Shown here one piece after another: positions 1 to 9,243 of a stretch of DNA of 64,000 nt. The stretch is from contig OZ231126.1 in assembly GCA_965153355.1 (NCBI GenBank), forward strand, positions 48,856,001 to 48,920,000, read 5' to 3'. The notes under the pieces are model-generated. The model ran no database searches. It had not been told where the DNA came from and was given only the letters and a program-made list of their open reading frames with translations. The stretch comes from Flaccisagitta enflata (Eukaryota). The translations under genes and the position numbers were made by a program. Numbering within the stretch: position 1 is the stretch's first letter; each line of letters begins with the position of its first letter.

Positions 1-739
1 TCATCCTTGTCCGGAAAAATGATTCAACTTTACTCGCCGCTAAATCTTAATCGTTTTCCGATAAAAGAAAAGGAGATTTACACCTTGAGTTGCAATTCCG
101 ATTTGCCCAATTCCGATTTGCCTCATTCCGATCCTCCGACATGCATTCCGCGATGAATTCTAAATCAGAGAGTTGAGATGGAATACACAAGTACTGAACG
201 CCGTAGATGGATCGACAGATCGTCGTAGACGGCACTACCGATCGTCGGCTAGAGCGTCGGTATGAAAACCCGAGTGATGGGTTGGTCCGCCAGTTCACTT
301 GGGATTATTCTTGTTGGTTGGTCGACCAAACAGGTACTGATGGGTCCGTCAGTCCGTCAAAGCATCGCATTGATCAGTGGCCACGTAGGCCTGTCGATCC
401 GACCCTTCATCTCAGTCACTCACCTTCACGTCCACGCTTTAACAGATCTCGCTCGATCTTACGCTCTTCCGCCTCTTTACTTTCATTGCAACTTTTCCTC
501 GTTCTGCGTGAATATCCTGAGGGCGCGGCTGAATCCACGCTGGCGCCGTGACCCTCTGGGTGAGGCGACAAAAGTTATCCACAATTCAGCGTTGGAACCT
601 TATTCAGTCAATATTGGTGGGAACTAATCGCGTGTCGAAAATAAGTACATAAGAATGATTCAAGCGTTCCACCAATCGAGAAGGTAGGAAAATTTGTTTA
701 TTTACATCCTTTTGTCCTATCCACCAGAAAAGATAATGA

Positions 740-1337
740 TCAATGACCACCTCCAACCCCGTTACACCCTCCACCTCCATCATTTTTGCTTTCGTTTTTT
801 TCGTCATCTCGCCGGTTTCCCTCGCCCCGGTTTCCCTCGCCATCTCTCGCTGCAACAAAGTCTTTCGGCGTGTGATGAGAACAATGCTCACAATCGCTAT
901 CGCTGTCTTCGCTTTCGCTTTCACCAAACTTCAAGGGTTTCTTGTAAACGCAACAGCATTTTGATTTCTGAAAAAAAGGAGAATGAAGATTGCTAAGCCG
1001 ATAAAGTGAGAGTAGTTTTGAAAATGGGCAGAGTAAAAATTTGCACAAACGCTCGCGCTGCTATCCAGAAGAAATTCGCAGGGGCGGTCAACTTTATACA
1101 CGCCTGGAAACTCGTGCTCGCCAGGGTTACCTTTTTGTTCATATGCTCATTGTCGACAGTATCTTCAGTCCACTGCACTCGACGCGAAGGGGGCGGCTTT
1201 TTCAGCTTTAATTTCAACACTGCAGGTGAGGCGGCTCCTTCTCTTCCACCGGACCCTTCGACTTGGAGGACAGTTTGTGACCCGGATGCGCTAGTAGCCA
1301 TAGTTTTGGGAGCGATGCCAGCGTCAGAGTCGGGCAT
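740..1337 (-). CDS. PPP1R11: Protein phosphatase 1 inhibitor-3 (PPP1R11/Ypi1), 144 aa, 2 exons
   Basis: Exons 1337-1131 and 967-740; intron AAG|GTAACC...TTTCAG|AAA, phase 0. The product has the RVxF-type PP1 motif [29 protein letters not shown] followed by an acidic GESESEDSDSDC tract, the hallmark of inhibitor-3. The true start could be the downstream MATSASG. Confidence 0.93.
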
Positions 1338-1558
1338 AACCTCGCATTTAAGTGTTTAGAAATTCAGAAAGCTATGATCCACGCGAGGGTTTTTGTCAAT
1401 TCAGCTTGTTGACCCAATACGGCGGTAAAATTAGTTGATGTGAGCTAAAAAATTAACCATACAAATTTTCCACTGAGGAATGAGTTGGAAACGACGACGG
1501 TAATAGCGGAAAACAAATGACAATTCTACATTTACACTGGAATTGGCAATTCCAAGCG

Positions 1559-4500
1559 TCATGAGATCACATTGTACGCGACGTCTAATTCGAAATGGGT
1601 TTGAATTACGCCTCTGCATACTGGACATCGTCGATCTCTCAGTCGCTCAAGACACGGAGGGCAAAGCGCGGCGTGACGGCAGGGCAACGTCACGACGGTA
1701 ACTGGAAGCGAGAGGCACACGGAACAATCTTCCGATCGTCGCGGAAATGAGGGCGAGGTTGGGGAAGATTCGTGGCTTTTGGGGGAGGCATAGGAAGACG
1801 ATAGATCGAAGTCAGAAAGCGAATCGCTTGACGTAGAGTCCATTAACGTCGACCGTTCATGGCGGTTATTTCCTTCTGCGGCGTCAATACGGGAAGCAGT
1901 CTCCGAGATAGATTCCGTTGTAGCATCCAAAATTCCGGAATCGGCGGAGGTTGGGATCGCAGGTACGTCGTTTAAACATTGTGGACTTTCCAGTTCAGTT
2001 TTTTCAACTTCCGTCGAGTTTTGACGTTGATTCGATCCGATTTCCGCTTTCACAAAAGACGCAGAGCGGTCGGGCGTTTCCTCCTCTTCCTCGGGTGGGG
2101 AACCGGAGGGAATGTAAGGCTGAAGACGGAGCTTCTGATCAGCGTTTGTTACGACGAAGGTCAGCATCGCGTGCGTATCCATTCTTTCTTTCTCTGTCGT
2201 TGGCGAGGTTGGCGCAGCCGTCCCCCGTCCTCCATCGTCATCTGCATCCTGAACATGAAAGACGGTGACTAACGCAACGACGCGCTGCGGTGACGAACCG
2301 TCGAAGTCCCGGATCTCTTCTTTCTTGGCGGCATTCCAGTCTAACCCCAAAACGGCGACCAGAGGATACCGAGTTCGCGGCCAAAGAGGACCTAAGGCAG
2401 CTGGAAAGGGGAAGTATGGGAGAATGAGACGGTGAAAGCGAGGGTAACGGATTTGAAGGCGAGGGGCTGGACGATGAATAGATACAGTAGATCTCGTCTA
2501 GACTTGAGATAACGGGGGCAAGCATTGACAGGAAAAACAAACGGGGTTTTAAAGGTCAGAGTGATATTTGGAAACAGACTTATAAAAAGTGGATGTCTAT
2601 TGCCCACGATAATAGATGTCATGGAAAACATCACGTATCTACCAAAGTATCAATATTGAACAGACCACAAGGATGCTTTATTGCCCACGATAGTTGGTTG
2701 CTTGCAAGAAACACATTTCCACGTGACCCCGCCAGCATCAATATTGCACAGACCATAAAGGATGTTTTTATTGCCCACGATAGCTGCTGTATTAATTTTA
2801 AACACATTTCCCATGTATTCTCATAAAGCACACATTTTTGAGAATTTTTTAGCTTTGAACATTTTTAAAATTACCATATATCCTTTCCCATAGCATGTTC
2901 TGTAAGAATGTCGCTCGCTTATAGGTTGCTAAGGGTTGTCACACATAGATATGCTACCTAGCAACGGCCAAATGAGCGACATTATTACAGAACATACTGT
3001 AGAAAGTTGCAGCAAAATTTGGATTTTTAGCAATGTTCCTTAAAATCTCTCAAAATATTGATATTTTAGCGAGAATACATGGAAATGTGTTTCCATGGCA
3101 ACCAGCATTCATGGGGAATTAAGCATCCTTTCGTCTTTCCACTGTATCAACTTTCAACATAAATCCACTCTTTTGCCACGTAAAGAACCTTGGCCAATAA
3201 TCATGACTCAAGATATTCAGGGCAATAACGCCCAGCAATAACCACTAACTTACCAGAAGTGATGGAACTGTGAGCAATAAACGGCTCTTCGAGACATGGG
3301 TCAACGATACGAGTATCGGTTTCGAGAGCCTCCCCCTCAAACAGCCTTCCCTCCGCCAAATGCGACAAAAAAGAGCGCCACGAGAGAGAGTCGAACCGTT
3401 GGTATAGCGCGTCGATCTCCAAGCCCCATGATAAGCACAGCACGGCCGATGAACGCGATGAGCGAAGGAGAGACACTCCCGAGGAGAAGGAGGAGGCCGC
3501 GGAGGAGGGAGGAGGTAAGGAAAGCGCGAACGGATTATCGATGCCGACGAGGAGAGTTTTAGGCGTTGGATCAAACAAACGCCGAGAGGCAGTGACGCCA
3601 AACCACGCGTCGAATGCGTCAAGATCAGCGTGCCTAGATAGTGGACAGGGACGTTAATATTCAAGGGACACTGAAGAACACTTGCTTACCATTAAAGGCG
3701 GCTCTCGCAGTAGGGAAAAACTGTCGTATAATGCTAGGATTTTCATCTTTTTCATTACATTCGCTTACTACTCGCGGACATGCGAATCAATACGTTGCTG
3801 TGTAGATCGGTCGGTCTGAAATGTTAAGTTGCGAGAGGTTTCTGCATTACTGCCCCTGCCCACCCGTCCGTAACTGGTGGTCCGTGTAGTCGGTCTTGTT
3901 ACGACACAATGAAAATTATCGTGACACTACAGTTTCGCCAGGAGCAAAAAAATGGTCATTGTTTTTACCAAAAACAAATGATTCACCTGATAGTACATGT
4001 CACTTGGGGTAGTTAACAGAAAAAATTAATGCAAAATCTCATCAAACAAAAAAGTTAGCGAGTTTTCCTTTAAAAAAAATCAGGCTTCTCAGGCCTCAAA
4101 TCAGGCTTCTCAGGCCTCAAATCAGGCTTCTCAGGCCTCAAATCAGGCTTCTCAGGCCTCAAATCAGGCTTCTCAGGCCTCAAATCAGGCTTCTCAGGCC
4201 TCAAATCAGGCTTCTCAGGCCTCAAATCAGGCTTCTCAGGCCTCAAATCAGGCTTCTCAGGCCTCAAATCAGGCTTCTCAGGCCTCAAATCAGGCTTCTC
4301 AGGCCTCAAATCAGGCTTCTCAGGCCTCAAATCAGGCTTCTCAGGCCTCAAATCAGGCTTCTCAGGCCTCAAATCAGGCTTCTCAGGCCTCAAATCAGGC
4401 TTCTCAGGCCTCAAATCAGGCTTCTCAGGCCTCAAATCAGGCTTCTCAGGCCTCAAATCAGGCTTCTCAGGCCTCAAATCAGGCTTCTCAGGCCTCAAAT

Positions 4501-5588
4501 CAGGCTTCTCAGGCCTCAAATCAGGCATCTCAGGCCTCAAATCAGGCTTCTCAGGCCTCAAATCAGGCTTCTCAGGCCTCAAATCAGGCTTCTCAGGCCT
4601 CAAATCAGGCTTCTCAGGCCTCAAATCAGGCTTCTCAGGCCTCAAATCAGGCTTCTCAGGCCTCAAATCAGGCTTCTCAGGCCTCAAATCAGGCTTCTCA
4701 GGCCTCAAATCAGGCTTCTCAGGCCTCAAATCAGGCTTCTCAGGCCTCAAATCAGGATTCTCAGGCCTCAAACCAGGATTCTCAGGCCTCAAACCAGGCC
4801 TCTCAGGCCTAAAAACCTCTCAGGCCTCAAATAAGGCCTCTCAGACCTCATAGGCCTATCAGACCTCAGAAGGCCCCTGACCTCAGATTAAGTCTTTCGG
4901 GCCTTTTGTTAGCCCTATCAGGTCTCAAATCAACTAAGCCTCAAATTAGTTCTTTCCCGCATCAAATCAGTCCTCAATAGCCTTTCAGGCCCTTATTCAG
5001 CCCCATGCCTATGATTAGCTTGTTCAGCCTCAAATCTGGCCTCTCAAACCTAAAATCAGGCCTCTCAAACCTAAAATCAGGCCTCTCAAACCTCATATCA
5101 GGCCTCTCAGACCTCAAAATAGCCCCCTCGACCTCAAAATAGCCCCTTCAGACCTCAAATCTTGGAATGAATGGACAGACGAACGAATGAAAGTCCCCGT
5201 GTTCTACAGGACTTCGTCCCCTTCGGGGCCGCTGCCCTGCTTCCCCCCACTCAAATTCACAATAATCAGAGCAGTGCAACGGGTATCGCTGACAACATAT
5301 GGCCCTTGGGCGACCTGTTAATTTGTCTAACAATCGTCTGTTGTGCCGACTGAATGACTGACTGACTGACACTTTGCATACTGAAGCGATGAGATCGAAA
5401 GCTTCAGAACTCGAAAAATCTCACCTCGAAAAAAGGCAAAAGACAGCGATGGCTAGCACTAGGGAGCCGAGCAGTACGTAGAGTTGGCCGGATTCTCCGC
5501 TGCCAAAATCGAAATTGCGCAAATTCTCGACGCCGGCGCTTCCGAGGGAATAAAGACGAAGACCGATTTTCCCCCAAAGCGCCAACAT
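1559..5588 (-). CDS. CGRRF1: Cell growth regulator with RING finger domain 1-like membrane E3 ligase, ~461 aa, 3 exons
   Basis: Exons 5588-5425, 3633-3254 and 2400-1559 (alternative in-frame acceptor at 2391); phases are compatible. It has an N-terminal hydrophobic segment (LYVLLGSLVLAIAVFCLF) and blocks AWFG, IDNPFALSLPPPSSAASSFSSGVSL, LSWGLEIDALY and PRTRYPLVAVL that match CGRRF1 as recalled. C-terminal C3HC4 RING: CSVC..LPCRHAALCPPC..CPVCR. Confidence 0.85.
2485..3190. mobile_element. Truncated copy of a TA-flanked MITE (same family as 62331-62829)
   Basis: Starts TA|CAGTAGATCTCGTCTAGACTTGAGATAACG, identical to the left TIR at 62331, and has an internal hairpin at ~2880-3005. I found no right TIR, so the right end is approximate. 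Confidence 0.65.
3766..3900 (+). mobile_element. Short Helentron-associated (HINE/DINE-1-like) element
   Basis: Degenerate 5' hairpin, GGTC repeats, and a 3' end CCCTGCCCACCCGTCCG...CCGTGTAGTCGGTCTTGTT shared with many other copies in the window. Confidence 0.6.
4077..4800. repeat. 21-bp minisatellite (AAATCAGGCTTCTCAGGCCTC), ~34 near-perfect copies, decaying to ~5160
   Basis: Read directly from the sequence. It produces the spurious (LRPEKPD)n ORF and lies in CGRRF1 intron 1. Confidence 0.97.
4077..5320 (+). mobile_element. HINE-like family A element (5'-truncated) carrying the 21-bp array
   Basis: The 3' module GGACTTCGTCCCCTTCGGGGCCGCTGCCC...GCAACGGGTATCGCTGAC...CTTGGGCGACCTGTT recurs at 5830-6466, 11231-11440, 30182-30792 and 44050-44140, with a matching 5' module at 37023. 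Confidence 0.7.
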
Positions 5589-5699
5589 GTTGGCGAGTTT
5601 AAAGGAGGCTTTCAGACAGCGTGCGGAATAGTATGAAGGAGAAGAATAGGACGAGGAGGACGGCAGCAGTGAAACAAAGGTAAGAAAGGGACTGACAAT

Positions 5700-7980
5700 T
5701 CAATCGGCACCATCGCCGCCAGCTTCGGTAACTTGCTGTTGGTTTTGATCGTCGTCCTCTTCCGCGTCGTTACCAGGGATTGTTCTTTGAATGATCTCTA
5801 ATAATTGTTCAACCTGTAAAGTAAAATGGAATAGCAGCCCAAAGGCAGTAAGTTTTCAGCGGTACCCGTGCCCTGCTTAAGTAGTGTGTGATTTAAGTTG
5901 AGGGGGGAGCAGGGCAGCGGCCCCGAAGGGGACAAAGTCCTGTAGAAAACAGGGGGAATCTGTCCGTCCATCCGTCCGTCCTTTCATCCCCCCGCCCCAT
6001 CCTCAGGGCTTTGTCTCCTTTGGGGCCTATTCTGACCCAAATTCTGCCAAATAGCCCAAATCCAAGCAATATGGCCCAAATCTAAGCAAAATGGCTCAAA
6101 TCCAAGCATAATGGCCTAAATCCAAGCAAAATGGCCCAAATCTGGTCAGAATCTAAGTATTGGAAGCCACAACATAGGTCTAAGGGGCTAAAATGAGGGA
6201 CCTCAGGCCAGAATTGGGCTTTTTTGGCCAGATTTAGGCCATTTTGCTTGGATTTAGGCCATTATGCTTGGATTTGAGCCATTTTGCTTAGATTTAGGCC
6301 ATATTGCTTGGATTTGGGCTATTTGGCAGAATTTGGGTCAGAATAGGCCCCAAAGGAGACAAAGCCCTGAGGATAGGGCGGGGGCAACGGACGAACATAC
6401 GGACGGACGGACAGATTCCCCCTGTATTTTACAGGACTTCGTCCCCTTCGGGGCCGCTGCCCAAAAGTGGGCTACTTGACAGAACTTGCAGAAACTTAAA
6501 TTTAAGTGAAATGAAATTCAACGTCGTCATTACAAACTGGGCCATGTCACACCTGTTCATCGGTAAATCTTTCGACGCTCTCTTCGATGAGAAGTTGAAT
6601 TTCAACTTCGGTGGTGGGTCGCAGATTGAGGCACTGAAGTTTCTCCGCCTTAGTTAATTTGAATGGCGCTACCTCGCGCAAAAATGCGGAAATCGACTTC
6701 GGAAAATCAAGAGTGAAAGAAAATCAGTTCAAGCTTCTCTACAACGGTTCAGTAGGGACTGATGGGGTAAAATGGGTCACAATATCGTTGCGGACGGGTG
6801 GGCTGGGGCATACAACCCCCATCCACACCCTCGCCCACCCCATACACACACTCAAAAACAGACCAGTTCAGCTGCAGCATCAAAAGTGCGCGTTTTCCCA
6901 CTCGATCATTACGGACCGACGGACGGACAAAGCCTCTTATAGAATTGCGTGTCCGCAACTAAAGAGTGGGTGTCCCAATTAACCACTCGTGACCCATTTT
7001 GACCCATCTTGCCCCACTCTACCCCACTCAAGCATGACAGACGCCAAAGGCATCATTTCTCAACGCTAACATCATCAATCCTATCGAATAAAATCTCTCA
7101 TTCATCAACAGTTCAACACGCGACTTATACATTACGTCTGTCAGAGTGCCTAGAAAAGCCCAAATTAAACTTTGCTCCTCAAAAATATTTTTCCTTTGCA
7201 AAAATGCATTCAAATGAGCCATCGCGCGACTATCAAATCAATCAGGAACCATCTTTAGGGTGACTTTGAAGTTTCCATAGATCTGAATGAGAAAGATGAA
7301 ATTTGCATCATGGAAAAATAGATTCCAATGATGATTCAATGGAAACTTCAACCTCACCCTAAAGATGGTTCCCAATTGATTTGAAAGTTGCGCAATGGCT
7401 CATTTGAAAGCATTTTTGCAAAAGAAAAATATTTTTGAGGAGCAAAGTATAATTTTGGCTTTTCTAGGCACTCTGACAGACGTATTATACATCCATTGAA
7501 ATGTAAAACCCATCAAAGTATCCAGCATCAAAGTTTTAGGCGAAGGGCGACCCAACCACTTTTTCAGTCGGGTCAGTTGGTGACAGACTTCTTTTGCTAT
7601 CTCTGCTCACCCGCACTCCACTACTAATAGGCTGATCCGTTCTCCAGTAACGAGCCAAAAGTGATGAGAACCATACCTCTTCACTTTGAAGTTCGCAAGT
7701 AGTTTGTTTCTCGATATATTTGACAGTCTCGTAAGCGATAGTATGCATATTCTGAAGAGGGCCGTCAAGTTTCTTCTTTGCTTCTTTTTCGCGGGGCTTT
7801 GATTGAACTTCACGTATGAAATTATAAACCTGGGGTAGGGCGAAGGGATAACTTGATAGATCCGAAATTTATACACTGTAGAAGAGTTAACAATGATGAG
7901 TGCCGGAACAAATAAGATTTCAACCGGTACAACACCTCAAAATTGGAGAGCATGGCGACGTTCGGTGATTTTACTTCCAT
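5700..7980 (-). CDS. CRCP: RNA polymerase III subunit RPC9 / CGRP-receptor component protein, 151 aa, 4 exons
   Basis: Exons 7980-7936, 7829-7677, 6696-6553 and 5813-5700, all phase 0 GT-AG. Product: [19 protein letters not shown]...[13 protein letters not shown]...[41 protein letters not shown], matching CRCP/RPC9 as recalled. The ORF track misses most of it. Confidence 0.93.
5830..6466 (-). mobile_element. Complete HINE-like family A element with internal palindrome and ~20-bp AAATCCAAGCAATATGGCCC repeats
   Basis: Inverted GGGCAGCGGCCCCGAAGGGGAC blocks at ~5912 and ~6440-6462, plus a GTCC microsatellite; it fills most of CRCP intron 3. Confidence 0.75.
6769..6963 (-). mobile_element. HINE-like family B copy
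   Basis: TTTAGTTGCGGACACGCAATTCTATAAGAGGCTTTGTCCGTCCGTC 5' end and CCCACCCGTCCGCAACGATATTGTGAC 3' part, also seen at 11057-11230, 49165-49322 and 59560-59805. Confidence 0.7.
7135..7482. mobile_element. Foldback MITE, 348 bp, TA target duplication (Tc1/mariner-type)
   Basis: TA|CGTCTGTCAGAGTGCCTAGAAAAGCC ... GGCTTTTCTAGGCACTCTGACAGACG|TA; palindromic over most of its length. Confidence 0.85.
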
Positions 7981-9243
7981 GATGTGTGCAGAATATCTCG
8001 TAGTTAAATCCTATGGCCGCCTGTTCATCGATATCCGTCGCATTGCTTGTTTGGACGTAATTGACGACTGAAGCGTTAAGATCGCAACATATTATCTAAA
8101 TAAGCAGTTGACAGTTTGAGTCCCGCGGACAGAACGAATGCCCAGCTGCAGATGACGATGGCAATAATGAGACAGTTAAGAATCAAGGCAACCGTTCGGG
8201 GCGAGAATTTCAAATACATCACGACATTTAGAAAATCATGGTCGCTCCGATGATGGTACGGAGTAAGATAGTGGGTTGGCACTCAATTAGCCAGGATATC
8301 TTCTAAGCCAGTGTCCTTTGAAATATTAACCGTCCTAAAAGCGCTAAATGAAAAAAAAAATGCGGAATGCAAAGTTGACAATCATTTCCTATCGCGTCTT
8401 ACATGCGCCTCTTAATTACATTCCGCGACTAAAAATGCGGAATGCAAAGTTGACAATCATACAAATAACAAACGTCTGAGAAGCGAATCAAAGGTCGATG
8501 GCACTACATGTATATGTAATTTGGGCGAATGGGAAAGACGAGGAGAGAGGGAGCAAAACGAGGCAGACTATTCGTTGGGTGGTCGGGGTATGAATGGCAC
8601 AAATTGGAGAAAACGCACGAGAATGCGAGAACGCGTAAAAATACCGTTAACTTCCTGGAAGGGAAACACAAATGATACCCTTGGCGTCGATCTTCAAACA
8701 TTTGCTTTACGTCGATTCTGCCATTTAAACAAACAGTTAGCCATAGGCTTGCATCAGGGTGGCGACAAAAACGTACAAAACGTTCTAAGATTTAATTCAA
8801 TCATACAACCGTCAACCGAAATGTCAGCATTATCAATGTCTTGCACTCCTTGTTATCAGGCGACTTAACAAAAGAAATTTTAAACTTAAACTACAAAACG
8901 TGAAAGCAACGGCAAAGATAGTATCATTAGTCATGATAAAACTTGATTGAGAGAGACCTAGGGAATCACCTTTTTCCATAAAGCAGTCTTTCAAGTTTCA
9001 AAGTTCCATATCAACTTTAAATAAAACAAGACGACGTGGGGGATAAGAAAAAAAAGTATCACGCAGTTTTGTCTTTTGTTGGGTATGTATGATCCATTAT
9101 TTCGCGAAGTTGGGCGAGAGAAGAGAAGGAAGAGTTCAGAGTTATTGATTTTTTTCCCGCCCTCCGAGGTCGTTACGTCGTGGTCGACGACGATGACCAC
9201 TCGCCATTAACGACGCGCTGATGACGAAGAGCGATGAGCAGAT

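Noticed and set aside
207-627. Plus-strand ORFs of 114 and 121 aa
   Set aside because: No recognisable motif or splice support.
4070-4792. 240-aa (LRPEKPD)n ORF, or a CRISPR-like array
   Set aside because: It is a 21-bp tandem repeat with no spacers and no ATG start, inside an intron and a repeat element; the open frame follows from a stop-free unit length divisible by 3.
5814-6552. Introner-type intron-creating elements
   Set aside because: The repeats fill introns, but unique sequence remains at the intron ends and no two introns share boundary-to-boundary similarity; insertion into existing introns is simpler.
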